From Cyanidioschyzon merolae (Eukaryota): a stretch of DNA of 64,000 bases. Under the pieces are notes generated by a model. The model saw nothing but the letters and a program-made list of their open reading frames with translations. It made no database searches and was not told the DNA's origin. Every line of letters begins with the position of its first letter. Within the stretch, counting starts at the first letter, position 1. This document shows, piece by piece, positions 34,518 to 46,704 of the stretch. Made by a program: the position numbers and the translations under genes. The DNA lies in the NCBI GenBank assembly GCA_000091205.1, contig AP006486.2; one strand, written 5' to 3'.

Positions 34518-35419
34518 GCGACGGCAGGTTGGCTTGGCGTGCCCCGACGTGTCTCCTCGACAAGCATGCATGAAGGAGATGACGCACGACGTTCACGAAG
34601 GCATCGGTTTTTTTCTTGTTCCGAAGGGTTGCCCGTGCGGTGCTTGTGCCTGAACAGCTACTGCTACAGGAGCCGCGTTGATTTCATGGCATCTGAGCAT
34701 TGGTTCATAGCGTGCTGCAGATGAGCAGATCAGGTGGCATCCTCGGTGAACTCGACGAGACACGGCAAGGCGACTTGGAGACAGCGCCTCTGGATCTGGG
34801 TACTGCGCGCCCTCATGCTGCTTTGCGAGCAGTGTACGAAGACACTCGACTGTGATGTACTCATGAGTCGTAGCAGACCCGTATGCAGTGCTCGCTGTCC
34901 GGGTGGCTGCAACTTAGTTGGAGGCACAGCTCTCTGCCCGATACCGACGAAAAGCGCCCGTGCGACCTGGTTAGCACAGAGAGATCGGGGCACGGCTCTT
35001 GACGGGAAACCGGGCAACGAATCGAAAACCTTTGATGATTCCATAGCGGTTTGGTTTCACAGCGACATCGAACCGGGACGGGGCATGAGCGTTGCGCAAG
35101 GCGCCACGAACGCTGGTGTTACCCCCGGAGTGCTACGTAAAAGCCTCCCGACAGCTGCATTGGTTGATTCTCTGGAATGGCGAGCCAAGGCTCTCTATGA
35201 TCGTTTGTTAATTGCCCTGGGAAACCTTTCCCAGTGTATATATATGGATTGAAGAACTGTACCATGCCAGTGTCATGTTCGAGACGGGACTGCAATGCCC
35301 TGTGTCTTGGCCACTGATTACCGCATTGCAAGTCTGCAGCGTTTCAGCATAATGCCCGCACTGAGTACAACACCACTTCCGTCGACAGCGCACGCTGTAG
35401 AAATCGTATGGACGCTCCC

Positions 35420-35700
35420 GATGCACAGGATATTTCCGGATGTTGATCGAGGCGTCCCAATCTGGATGCAGGAACTGCTTACACGCGTATTTGCCGATAG
35501 ACTTATACTGTGGAACGTATCTCAACGTCGATAGCCTCGCTATTAGAGGTTCGATAAACTTGCCATACTCGATTTCACGCGTCCGGCGATGTTGCACGTT
35601 CGTCGTGTCTACGAGGTTAGCGTTGCACCCGTGCTCGTGTTCGGTTAAGATCGCCCTGAATCCATCAAAGCGAAACGTGCAGCATCGGTTCCCGGACTAT
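35420..35700 (-). pseudogene. Second degenerate TnpB/Fanzor-like C-terminal fragment (RuvC-III region)
   Basis: Minus-strand frame reads ...REIEYGKFIEPLIARLSTLRYVPQYKSIGKYACKQFLHPDWDASINIRKYPV (cf. TnpB LEYKA.WYGK.V.KV.P.YTSQ.C..CG...C..CG..DRDvNAAiNI). Only one Cys remains of the zinc ribbon. In-frame stop upstream at 35697-35699; the listed ORF start is GTG. Confidence 0.4.
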
Positions 35701-38700
35701 GGTATGCGCACGTCGAAGGAGCTGGAGCGCAGCCTTTACACGTTGCAGCACGTCCGCCACTGTACGCTACCATTACACCAAGGTATCGTATCAATCAAGT
35801 TGTATGCATCTCATTCAGAATTCGGTGAATGCACGCGCTTTGTCTCGGCATAACGGAAACCGTTAGCGAGCCCAGCGCACTCTCATGTAGGTATGCCAAT
35901 GAGCATTTGCGTACGCCACTGGGACCATCATGCATTCTTTCTACACGAAGCGTACAAAGCATCGCTCTTCGGGTGATGCGGTGCACTGAGGCTCGACCTG
36001 CGTTCTCATTCTGGTATTCCACTCGCTGAACTGCCTCTAGACGCCCATGATGTCCGACGCCATCGCATACCAAAGCCTGAAATATTCGAGCAGCCTCGTA
36101 TGCGTTCCGTACAGATCTTCGGTTCCATCGTCTTTTCTAGGAGGTACGGCGACGGACATGGCGACCTTCAGCCCGGGATGCACAGCCGACCCCGAGTCCT
36201 TCTCTTCATCAGCGTCAAATGCTTGAGAATGAGTCCCGTTGGTCAACTGAGGCAAACGATTCACACAGTGCATTCAGAATGATGCTGTGTCGGTCTGCAT
36301 CGTCCCAGTGAGTGCCGTACCAGTATGCCCCTGTAGACAATGAGACTTGAGCCAGCATCGCCAATGCTGTCTGCGAGCGAGTTCGTCTGCTTCATAGCGC
36401 TGCACGCGGACACTAGCAGTGCCTCATTGAGAAGGTCGTACTGCACGCTACACGAGAGAACGCCCAGATGCCCTGAGTTTTGACGTGACCTGTGCGGACC
36501 ACATCGACTAGAAACTGAAGTACACTCGCGTACGCCGAGGGACGCTATTTTGCGCTTGAGCGCTCTGTACAGGATAATCTGGTGGTGCACGATACAACGA
36601 GGGTGTGCATCGAGCTCAGACCATGATTCGGATGGTACGTCCGTCGGTCCGAAACCCACAGCCGCACGATGAGCTCGGATGATCCGAAGCGACACTCGCT
36701 CTCATGGCGACAGCGCTTCCTAACTCGCTTCCATCTCGAGCGCTCTTCGCCGCCACGAACTCGGCATTTGAATCCATCGAGACCTACCCAGAATACCGTC
36801 CATAAATCCCCACGTTTCCGGCTCAACGGGATGAGGCCTCAACGCCCACACGGTGCACGTCATGAAGCGCTCGCGACGGACCCGCATATGGTACTTGAGT
36901 TTGGTTTGATAGGTTTTCGCACCTACCCTGGAGACGTTGTCTTCGATGGCCGACGTGGCGCTGCCAGGCGAGATGATCTCCTGGAACGGGGGTGTGCGAA
37001 TCTCGGATCCCACGTAGAGGCCGTCATCCATCTTCTTTCCCGAGCACCAGATGCGTTTTCATGCGACGGTTGAATGTAGAGAATTCATGGGGGATGTGCA
37101 TCGCTAAGTGCACTGCGTCCGGAACGCCTGTCGAGGACTTGCTTGCCGGGTTGCATCAAGTTGAGCGAAGCAAGCAAGTCGTCCCTCGAGCGATAAGCTG
37201 CAGGGCATCCACGACGACGTGCAACTTACTATGTAGACGATCTTCACCCTTGATTTGTTTTGCTTCACGGCCTTTAGAGCGGTTATAGTCGGGCTCTGTC
37301 GCCGAGATGGTTTGTAATTCCTGTTCTTGCACGTCTTCTCTTGGGTAGGATCTTTCTTTTTCTTGTCCGACGCGGTATTTTGCGTCTCGATGACCCAGCG
37401 GGATAGCGTAGAGGTGGTCGCTATATGCGGTATCCGCCTCTTCATGCGGACTCAGGCGCACTGGATTGCTTTTGGCCCCGAAACCCGTATTTCCTATGTA
37501 TGCATCTACGATTCCCAAACAACTTTTTCTCACCCTTTTCCGAGGCGAGTTTACCGACGAACCGGAGCGGGCCTATCCGCTCACTCCTGCGTACGAGCAG
37601 AGACGCAACGCAGCATTTCCAGGCTAGTGAAGTTGAATTACGATTTGTCGTGGAAGGGTTCCACGATGCCGCACGACTCCCTTTCTAATCCACGAGTCTA
37701 AACGTGGCGTTTCACGTTGAGAAGACGCTTCCAACTGCATTAAACCAGGTAGCACGTGCACCCATGAAGAGCAGAACAACACCTACTGCGGCTACGTGTT
37801 CCTTTACCGCTTCACAGGTGCGGACAGCGACGTGGCCCCAGGGCAAGACTTGCGAATGTGGTACAGAGACGGGATCAGGAATGCCTCGACGGAGGATGCT
37901 GTTTTGAAAGATCATGCCCGTTAGACAAGTGGTAAGCAACCAAGCCAAAGCACCTCCGGTACGGCTTGTGATGTCGAAATGCTGGACTGTCTCTGCTTTA
38001 TAAACAGCGGTTTGCCCCTGTTGAAGCACCCATATGCAGGCGTGCCGAGTCGCCAGAATACATTCTCTCATCGAGCGGATCAAACACACCTCATTCCTGT
38101 CGTCATCGTCCGTCATTCAGATCGAACTCGATCCTGGGTTGCTCAGCGCTCGACGGCCTCTCATTCAAGTGCAAGTTTTCATTCGTCCAAAGGTGTCCGT
38201 TTATCGCCGGTCGTGTAAACTGCACGAACGTTTCACGTTTTCTGGCTGCTTCGGCAGCGTTTCTCAGATACAGTATGGAGCAAAATGAATGAAAGAAGAG
38301 AGGATGGTGCAGATAGCCTATGATTAGTTTTGCTAAGAGTGCACAACGTTCCGGATCAGGACAACGAGAACGTGGGTTTACGCACCTCCTGCACGAAGAA
38401 AGACTGACCTGTACCGGTGAACGCGCCATGCCAACATCGAGTCTTGCACCGACGCTGCTCCGCGATACAGGACGCATGTCCTACTTTGAATACGTTCGAG
38501 AAAGACAAACAGAACCAAAAAGGATGTGTTCGTACAGGTGTGTGAGAAATACCTGATCTGAGTATAAAGCTGCTCTCGTCGATCCTGAAAACGCCTAGTA
38601 CTGGCATAGCCAAACAGACCCAAGCGGCATCGAGACGCTGCTCGAACACTCATACCGGTACAGGCATCGCCGGGAAACCCGGTCACAGGTGGCAGAACGG

Positions 38701-39769
38701 AAAAATGCACTTGGACCCGGCTTCCGCAAAAGCAGGAGCAAAGCCATCCTGTCTTGCAAGATCGACCACGGTGATGCTGCAAATTCCAAAATTAATCTCA
38801 GCGTCGCGTAACTCGTTGGGTGCATCTAGTCAATATTCCATGAAGCAGATGTTCACTGAGGGTCCACGAACGCAGAGGCGTGCTCAGGCGGGCAAGGTTC
38901 TCTGCCCGTGTGCCTGGTGGCTATTGCGCTCCCGCAGTTTCTGATTAGACTCATCGATCTTACACTAGAACGAAAAAAGGAACGCGGGCACCAAGCGTGT
39001 ACCTCGAAGTGCCGTTCTACGGCGCCGTAGCGAACTGGCGTTGAATAATGGTGGTTCCGGTACATCGATCACGCTGCCGCTTGGCAAACAGTGAGTCTAG
39101 ACGGCAGTCAATCTCATGTGGCGTGTACAATCATGAGCTGATGATCACCAAATGATTTTCGGTTGCAAAATTCCAGCTCTTTGTTGGACACGCGCTGACT
39201 GTGAGTAAACACGGACGCTGTCTGTGGCTTTTGGGGCTCTCTCTCCTCTCTTCATAGAGAAGATCACTTGGCAAGATGACGCTGTACAAATGCAGTGCAT
39301 TCTGCGAGATGAAGCTGTTTCGAGCCGACTGCGATACCCAGTCGAGATCACTGTATACGGGGTGCTGAGCATAGGCCTTGATGTGGAGCTGTCGGCTGCC
39401 GCATCAATGCAGTTCCCCCGGGATGCAACCCGGTTCCAGCAACGGGCACCTGCAGTGCCGCTGCCGATCCGGTTTCGAACGAGCATCCGCAGACCCTGTT
39501 CTACGCCTCATTCAACGATCCGAGATAGCCACGGATGCAGCGCGCCCGTAGAGGCGTCTTCGACGATATTCCAGCGTTGGATATCGATTTCAGTCATCCC
39601 ATTCCTGATATCGCAATGCGACATACCCAGAAATGCAGCGGATTCAATGCAGCCTCGCCGGTGATTCCCCAGCTTTGGTTATCCATTCCCAGCGGGTGGA
39701 CTCGATGCAGTGCAGTTGGCAACAGGAGATCTCTGGTCGGTGACTTGGCGTCTGCGCCGACCCAGTGCG

Positions 39770-41020
39770 TCATAGATGATGCCCGAGTTTGCCCTCTGTT
39801 TCATGGTCCCATACATCGCTGCTTGAAGACTTGAGAACGGCGCCCTGAAATGCGGCCATGGCAGAAGGTGTTGGTGCCACAAATCGACCCGGCAACTGCA
39901 AACGATGCTGTAAGTACGCAGGCAGCTCGAGCTCAGCTGCGTGAAGCATCATTCGGGAAAAGCGCTCGTCCTCGTCGGGCAACGTCGGATAGGTCGCGTC
40001 CCCGACGATGCCGTGACCTACACACCAAAGATGAACCCGCAGCTGATGCCGCCGTCCCGTTACAGGACGCAACTCGAGCAGCGAAGCAGGCAAACCCTGA
40101 TAGCTTCCGATCCCCAGTACTGTGCCCAGCGTCAGTGCACTAAAGATCTTTTTCGTCGTGGCGGTTGGTGCTGGCTGTAGTTGTCGACATGGTCGCAGCT
40201 TTACGGCATCTGCATGGCGTCTGTCGCCGTCGCACTCGGGAACAGCGCAATACGAGTCGGTTACCCGGCTTTCCGCAAAGCCGCGAATGCCGGTGCTGCT
40301 CTTGCGTGAGACAGAGCCAGCACGGCAGGCACACCCGGGGTCTATTTTGATTTCGCCAGTATCCGAACTGTTCCTGGAATCCTCGGTACTTGCATGAGCC
40401 GTATGATCGTCGACCGTAGCCAGACGCACCCGAAAATCGTCCGCATACTCTACAAGTGGAGCATCTATCCAGAAGTGTGCGTTTGCATCACCAGGCACCA
40501 CATGTCCGTGAACAATTGCAAGATATCGTTTCCGAATCTCGCGTTTCCGAAAGGCGGCTGTGATCTGAGCCGTCGCTCTTCGCTGTAAACCAAGGAGCAG
40601 CACCCCAGATGTAGCATAGTCGAGTTGGTGGATCATGCGAATTTTCGGGGGCGGCAGCGGCGCGCGAAGGTGCCCGACCCGGTGCCAACCGGTCGGTTGG
40701 ACCCGCTCCGCGAGCGCTGAACCCCGTTCACTGATCTGTTTCTGAGCAAGCGACTCGACCGTGGACGTGAACGCTGCGCCACTCATTCGCATGTCGGCCG
40801 GTTTGTCGACCACAAGCAAGTGCTCCGACGCGTACACCACAGGCAGACGAGTGCAGGAGCTTGGCGCCCGCCCTCGAGCCGTGGAACCGTGCGGAAGCGG
40901 CTCATCGAGTGCAGAAGCGCGCGGTTGGAGCACCTCAGAAGTGCCACCGTGAAAGTACGGCATAGTGCCGGTCGCTCCGTGCAACCGCTGGTGCAGCGGT
41001 GCAACGACAACGAACCCCAT
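39770..41020 (-). CDS. RluA-family RNA pseudouridine synthase
   Basis: Motifs VVYASEHLLVVDKPADM and catalytic HQLDYATSGVLLLG (HRLD..TSG). The ORF-track start at 41065 is GTG; the first ATG is at 41020. Confidence 0.75.
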   Translation of the reverse strand: MGFVVVAPLHQRLHGATGTMPYFHGGTSEVLQPRASALDEPLPHGSTARGRAPSSCTRLPVVYASEHLLVVDKPADMRMSGAAFTSTVESLAQKQISERGSALAERVQPTGWHRVGHLRAPLPPPKIRMIHQLDYATSGVLLLGLQRRATAQITAAFRKREIRKRYLAIVHGHVVPGDANAHFWIDAPLVEYADDFRVRLATVDDHTAHASTEDSRNSSDTGEIKIDPGCACRAGSVSRKSSTGIRGFAESRVTDSYCAVPECDGDRRHADAVKLRPCRQLQPAPTATTKKIFSALTLGTVLGIGSYQGLPASLLELRPVTGRRHQLRVHLWCVGHGIVGDATYPTLPDEDERFSRMMLHAAELELPAYLQHRLQLPGRFVAPTPSAMAAFQGAVLKSSSSDVWDHETEGKLGHHL

Positions 41021-42800
41021 GAGGTTTGGTTTCGCGTTCGCCGAGTAGGTGCCGGTGCTTTGCACGAGAAAACGTTTGGGTAGTGCAAAAATGTTTATTT
41101 ATGTGCGTTTATGGAATCGAGCGACATAGGCGATAGTGTGATGCCTCGCCTCACGTTTTGCTCCATGACACGTTTGATGGTTCCAATCAGTTACCCGCGG
41201 AAGCATACCACGCGCTCATTAACCAGGATGGAGAGCTTCGTTCATCTATTGATAATATGCAATATGAACTAACAGTTGGCCACGCGGTCTGCGCGCTCCG
41301 TAGCCACCGGATCGGGGAAAGTCGTGCGATTTCTGGATGCGGTACGGAGGCTTCATAGGGATCGACTCTTTCGTGCGGGTGTTCGTGGATGTTCGCTTGT
41401 TTTGGTGTCGATGCACTTGCGAAACGCGAGTGACTTGCAGACCGGAGCTGCGGTATACTGTCCCGGACACACACACACACCTTACAATGGTGATCGGGGG
41501 CAGCACTTCTCTATCGGGAATCATGGCTTGATCAGGGCAACGGTCGAGGAGACGCAGCATTTCGTATGTCGGTGAGTGCGCCAAAAGCGCCTCGTTCTTT
41601 GCATCTGGGGTTCTGTACTGGACGATACGGTTATCATGGGAGAGTGCTCCTTGTTATCGCTCGCATCATACCCGAGGTGCTCATAGACATCCCGAGACCG
41701 TCTGTATCGTTTGCGTTGTTCCTGATGACGCAGCGAGAGACACATATCAGATGCGTCAGGATTTCAGTGGACGGTTTTTTTATCGCTCACGACTGGTTTC
41801 ATGGAGATGCATCACCGCAAATATCGATACACCAGAACGCGTTCCAATGCTGTAAGCGTGCGCGGTGGACGCAGTATTCGGCAGACCGCCGGATCCATCG
41901 AGTCACGAGTTCGAGCAAGGAACACTGCTTCGGGGCAGGTTGAACTCGAAAGCCTTCGTAAAAAGATGATACTGAAAAGCTTTTCCAAGCAGCATCCTCT
42001 GATCCAGAGGCATCTGTTGAGATCGATCCATGCCGTACGCTAAGAATCCCCACGAAAATGCGATTGTAGTGCGAACCAACACCCTTGCACGCTGATTCCC
42101 ACTCGCTCTTCTTTCCTCGACGAGGGACCCCTTTCCGACGCCATACAAGCGGCGCTGCCGCTTGTATGGTCATCTGCTACCGTTGCAATGTGTCCGCAGT
42201 TGGCAGGAGAGCATCATGCACATGCATCATGGACTTTCTGAACCTATTGCGGCCGAGCCTGTATACGCGCAGTAACATATTCTGCGCTCTGTCTATGGTT
42301 CTATCCGGGTTTAGAAAGCATTTCCAAGTAGAGTGCCTCGACTGAAGCACCTTTTTCTCAACTGAAAACTTGCTCGGGTAGATACTCGGTTCCTGCAGTA
42401 GAATAGATACTCAAGTTCAGGTCCCGAATATCTACCGGAAAGCGCGCTCAACAAGAACTAGGAGCGAACTTTTCCACCGTCAGACAGGACGGGATTTGCA
42501 ATCGAAATCATACATTATTCCGAATTACAGAGAATCCGGGTCCCGCCTCCTCAGCAACTTCAAAAACACACCCCGAATCCGCCCTCACCAGGCACGAAGC
42601 TACGCACCCGAGGCGGGCCTCCACCGTCGGGCTCCGCGGTACTGCCGGCGTTCGCTGGGCATCGCGTGTGTTGCGCGGGAAATGGGATTTGCGCGGGAAA
42701 ACGCATCGCCTCGCTTTGCCGCTGCGTGCTGCCTGCGCGATGCGTGCGCTACAGGCGTAACGTGCTTGTTTTCGTTTATCGCACAAGTGCAGTGTTCGTG

Positions 42801-45800
42801 ATGGTATCATCTCCTGAACGTCAACGCGGTCGAAGGTATGAGAGCAGGGAAGCTGGAGGTGCAAGGGCCACTGGTCGTACAGATAGCCAATCGGGAAGCT
42901 CCGGGTACTCGAGCTCGCGGATTGAGAATACGCCTCTTGAACCGAATATCATCGGTGACCCGGAGACTGATCGACGTTTACCTGGGGCGTCTGTGGCTGG
43001 GAACGCTTCAGAATGGGGTCAGGTTCTCGGTGCATTGGAGTCTGCAGAGGAAGGAGAATCTTCGGACGAGGGATTGTTGGACGATAGTGCTGCAGATGCG
43101 GCCGAAGCAGACTCTGAGGTTTCCGGTGAGGATCTTTTGGAAAACATGGAACGCGACTACCTGCCCGACCCAGAGCGTGACCGTTATGAAATCGATCCGG
43201 AGGCGGAATATGACTCTGAGGCAATGGAGCAGATGGACCCAGTTACCCGTAGACTAGCTGATGCTGCGGTAGACAGGCGTCTGCGCGAGGCCCGTCGTGA
43301 GCGGGCCCGTCGCCGGGCAAGTCGCACGCGTTCACGTCTAATGCATATGTTATGGTCAGAGTCAGCGGAAAGCAGTTCTGAAATGCATTCCCTTCGTGCA
43401 AGTGCAGCTGACGCGTCCGAAAGCGGTGCAGAACGCACACCCCATAGTGGCTCGTCATCCTCGCCGCGAAGGCGACAGTCCCAACCGCCACTGACGTCGT
43501 CCCCAATTTCGACCAGTATCATGCTGGCAGACGGTCTGTCTTCCACAGCAGATCCACTCGATGATGGCGCTGAAGAGGGCAGTTTCCATTTGGATGATCA
43601 CGGTAGCGATATTCGATCGTGGCTGTGCCAGGAGCGCGCCCAACGCGCCTTGCAACGGCGCTTCATTACGTTTCTGCGGCAAGCCGTCGATGACACCACC
43701 GGCAGAGCGATCTACGTTGATCGCATCAAGCACATGTGCGCAGAGAACACCCAGAGCCTTGTTTTGAGCTATCACGACCTGATGACTGCGGACCCTCTGC
43801 TTGCTGTCTGGGTCTCTGAGGCTCCGGCCGAGGTGCTCCGCATCTTCGATGATGCAGCGATGCATTTTCTGCTCAGCATGTTTCCCCAGTATCGCACCAT
43901 CCACCGAGAGATCCATGTGCGCATCGCGGACTTGCCTATAAGCGACCCGCTGCGCGACATTCGGCAGGTGCATCTGAACTGTCTGATTCGAACATCAGGG
44001 GTGGTCACAAAGCGCAGCGCAGTACTCCCGCAGCTCAAGCTTGTCACGCTAACCTGCCGAGCATGCAGTGAATCGCTCGGTCCAATCGCTACCAATTCGT
44101 TGAATCCAGAAAAGTCCGTGAGATGCTGCGCGAGATGTGGGTCCAGGGGGCCCTTCGAGATCGACGCACAGCAGACTGTTTATGGTAACTATCAGAGAAT
44201 GCTGATTCAAGAGCCACCGGGTACGGTGCCTCCCGGACGCCTGCCTCGCTACAAAGAAGTGATATGCACTGGCGACCTGATCGATGTCGCACGACCCGGC
44301 GATCTCATCGAAGTGACTGGCATCTATCGTCACAGCTTCGACGCGTCGCTGAACTTGCGTCATGGATTTCCCGTTTTTGCGACCGTCATAGAGGCCAACT
44401 ATATCCGACGCCTGGACGGGGCTCTCGCTGAGCTCGACGCCCTCACCGACGAGGACGAGAAAACGATCCAGGCGCTCGCTCGTGATCCGTACCTGGCCGA
44501 GCGAGTCACAGCGACGATCGCGCCTTCCATTTACGGACACGAGAACGTGAAACGAGCCCTTGCGCTTGCGCTTTTCGGTGGTCAGGCGAAAGAGATCGGC
44601 GAGCGGCATCGTACCCGCGGCGATATTAATGTCCTTATTCTGGGGGATCCAGGCATGGCCAAGTCCCAGTTCCTCAAATATTTGGAGAAAGTCGCCCCGC
44701 GCGCTGTCTACACGACGGGAAAGGGTGCGTCGGCGGTGGGCCTCACAGCGGCTGTCCACAGGGATCCAGTCTCACGCGAATGGACCCTAGAGGGCGGCGC
44801 ACTCGTTCTCGCCGACCAGGGCGTGTGCCTTATTGATGAATTCGACAAAATGAATGATCAGGATCGCACCTCTATCCACGAGGCCATGGAGCAACAGAGC
44901 ATATCCATCTCTAAGGCTGGGATCGTTACGACCTTGCAGGCGCGCTGTGCGGTGATTGCGGCGGCGAATCCTACCAAAGGGCGCTACGATCCGGCGGTCT
45001 CATTCATGGAAAACGTGGACCTGACAGAGCCAATCCTGTCCCGTTTCGATGTGCTCTGTGTCGTGCGCGATGTTGTCGACCCGTCTGCTGACGAGCAGTT
45101 GGCGGATTTCGTTGTCCAGTCGCACATGCAGGCACATCCATACGGCGTCTTGATGACGTCCCGGAACGCGGGTGCTGAGCGTACCCACGGCAACGACAGT
45201 GCCGACGAAACCGACGTTGGTGCATCGCAGCCGCTGGTCCCAGTGCTGCCACTGTCGCAGCCTGCGGAGGCTGCCCCCGTGGAGGCACGAGATCCGCCAT
45301 CGACGACAGCAGTCTCGCCGACTAGGCCACTCGCAGGGGCTCTTGATCCGGTCAGCACATCTGGACGCATGTGCTCGCCAGGCGAGCGCCGGTTCGAGCC
45401 CATTCCTCAAGACCTCTTTCGCAAATACATCGTGTACGCACGCCGCCGCGTTCATCCACGTCTTGCCAACGTAGATGAGGAGAAGATCTCGCAGCTTTAC
45501 ATCGATCTGCGACGTGAGTCGCTTGCCTGCGGCGGTATGCCGATAGCGTTGCGACATCTCGAGTCTGTCATTCGACTCGCAGAGGCGCATGCGCGAATGC
45601 ATTTACGCTACCAAGTCATTGATGAGGATGTCAATGCTGCCATTGCAGTCATGCTCGAGTCGTTCTTCTCATCCCAGAAGTATTCGGTGATGCGCGGTCT
45701 GAAGCGAACCTTCCACAAGTACCTCGCCTTTCAACGCAACGACGACGAGCTGCTTCTCTACTTGATCAACGGTTTGGTGCGCGAGTATGCTTCCGCGGAA

Positions 45801-46073
45801 GCGGCAGCGCGTTCCGGAGCAGAGACGTACCAGTTGGCGCTTTCGCAGTCAGCATCGCAGGGCGCAGCTGGCCAAGGCCAGCGGGCATCGGGGTCGTCCG
45901 GCGCCACGTCTGCAGCGCTCTCCAGAACAGTTCGTGTTCCTCTTGTCGACTTTGAGAACCGCGCACGAGCGCTGGGCATCACCAATATCGAGCGCTTCTA
46001 TACGAGTGACCTCTTGCGCGCCCGACGTTTCGAGCTCGATCGCCGCCACGGTTACATCATCAAGCACATTTAA
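42801..46073 (+). CDS. MCM2: DNA replication licensing factor MCM2 (acidic Ser-rich N-terminus, OB/Zn region, MCM AAA+ core, winged helix), with an insertion of about 110 aa after the AAA+ core
   Basis: Walker A GDPGMAKSQFLKY, MCM box / Walker B CLIDEFDKM, arginine finger SRFDVLCVV, IAPSIYGHENVKRALALALFGG; the N-terminal D/E/S-rich tail is typical of MCM2. The ORF-track start at 42666 is GTG; the first ATG is about 42801 (coordinate +/-1). Confidence 0.85.
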   Translation: MVSSPERQRGRRYESREAGGARATGRTDSQSGSSGYSSSRIENTPLEPNIIGDPETDRRLPGASVAGNASEWGQVLGALESAEEGESSDEGLLDDSAADAAEADSEVSGEDLLENMERDYLPDPERDRYEIDPEAEYDSEAMEQMDPVTRRLADAAVDRRLREARRERARRRASRTRSRLMHMLWSESAESSSEMHSLRASAADASESGAERTPHSGSSSSPRRRQSQPPLTSSPISTSIMLADGLSSTADPLDDGAEEGSFHLDDHGSDIRSWLCQERAQRALQRRFITFLRQAVDDTTGRAIYVDRIKHMCAENTQSLVLSYHDLMTADPLLAVWVSEAPAEVLRIFDDAAMHFLLSMFPQYRTIHREIHVRIADLPISDPLRDIRQVHLNCLIRTSGVVTKRSAVLPQLKLVTLTCRACSESLGPIATNSLNPEKSVRCCARCGSRGPFEIDAQQTVYGNYQRMLIQEPPGTVPPGRLPRYKEVICTGDLIDVARPGDLIEVTGIYRHSFDASLNLRHGFPVFATVIEANYIRRLDGALAELDALTDEDEKTIQALARDPYLAERVTATIAPSIYGHENVKRALALALFGGQAKEIGERHRTRGDINVLILGDPGMAKSQFLKYLEKVAPRAVYTTGKGASAVGLTAAVHRDPVSREWTLEGGALVLADQGVCLIDEFDKMNDQDRTSIHEAMEQQSISISKAGIVTTLQARCAVIAAANPTKGRYDPAVSFMENVDLTEPILSRFDVLCVVRDVVDPSADEQLADFVVQSHMQAHPYGVLMTSRNAGAERTHGNDSADETDVGASQPLVPVLPLSQPAEAAPVEARDPPSTTAVSPTRPLAGALDPVSTSGRMCSPGERRFEPIPQDLFRKYIVYARRRVHPRLANVDEEKISQLYIDLRRESLACGGMPIALRHLESVIRLAEAHARMHLRYQVIDEDVNAAIAVMLESFFSSQKYSVMRGLKRTFHKYLAFQRNDDELLLYLINGLVREYASAEAAARSGAETYQLALSQSASQGAAGQGQRASGSSGATSAALSRTVRVPLVDFENRARALGITNIERFYTSDLLRARRFELDRRHGYIIKHI

Positions 46074-46179
46074 ACCTATCTGCTGGTATATCTGGTGAGG
46101 CCTGGTACGCCCCGAGGCACTGCCGCTGACTAAGCAAGCACCAGCTTTACGCTCTCGAGCAGTCCTGGCGACCGCTGCT

Positions 46180-46704
46180 CTAGCCCAGAACGCCTAGATA
46201 GTCGGCCCGCAGCGTCCCGACGGCCGCGATCTCCGTAGCGTCACGACGCATACCCACAATACGCAAGCGTACCATGGTGCCTACCTCTAATCGATCCTCG
46301 CTACCCTGAACAACAGAGGCGAAGCACTGCTCGCTATCGTCAAACTCCATGTCACTGGGGACGTTACGCGCGCTCACGAAAACGCTGAGCGGTCCGACCG
46401 CCACGAATACCCCGTGTCGCGTAACCGATGCGATGACACCGTCCAGAACCTCACCCAAGAACGGTCGATATACCAGCGCTTTGTAACGAAGTCGAAAGAT
46501 AGCGTGTCCGGTTCCGGGAAGGATTCTACCGGGCGGGAGTGGTCGCTCGACCTCGACCACGGCGAGCAGGTAACCATAGAGGCCGGAGGTTGTTCCCTCG
46601 GTCAGTGTCAGCAGTCGATTGATGACGTGATCGGGAAGCTTTGCGTGAAAATGTCTCGGATGAACCGTGACGCTTTTTGTGAGTTCCAGTATAAAGAACG
46701 CCAT
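46180..46704 (-). CDS. RPB7: DNA-directed RNA polymerase II subunit RPB7
   Basis: MAFFILELTKSVTVHPRHF...EGT.SGLYGYLLAV...GRILPGTGHAIFRLRYKALVYRPFLGEVLDGV...GVFVAVGPLSVFVS...EFD... aligns along full length with yeast/human RPB7. ATG at 46704. Confidence 0.85.
   Translation of the reverse strand: MAFFILELTKSVTVHPRHFHAKLPDHVINRLLTLTEGTTSGLYGYLLAVVEVERPLPPGRILPGTGHAIFRLRYKALVYRPFLGEVLDGVIASVTRHGVFVAVGPLSVFVSARNVPSDMEFDDSEQCFASVVQGSEDRLEVGTMVRLRIVGMRRDATEIAAVGTLRADYLGVLG

Noticed and set aside
36720-37031. RuvC-II-like IEDNVSRVG motif on the minus strand
   Set aside because: It lies about 1.5 kb from the 35.45-kb RuvC-III-like fragment, which is too far for a single TnpB ORF, and it has no supporting flanking motifs.
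4206-42801. ORF-track start codons taken at face value (4206, 6841, 20618, 35597, 41065, 42666, 52371)
   Set aside because: Reading the sequence shows these are GTG, not ATG. For a eukaryotic nuclear gene I moved the starts to the first in-frame ATG (4287, 6733, 20627, 41020, about 42801, 52392). Some coordinates near 42.8 kb may be off by 1 because of a counting ambiguity in the provided text.
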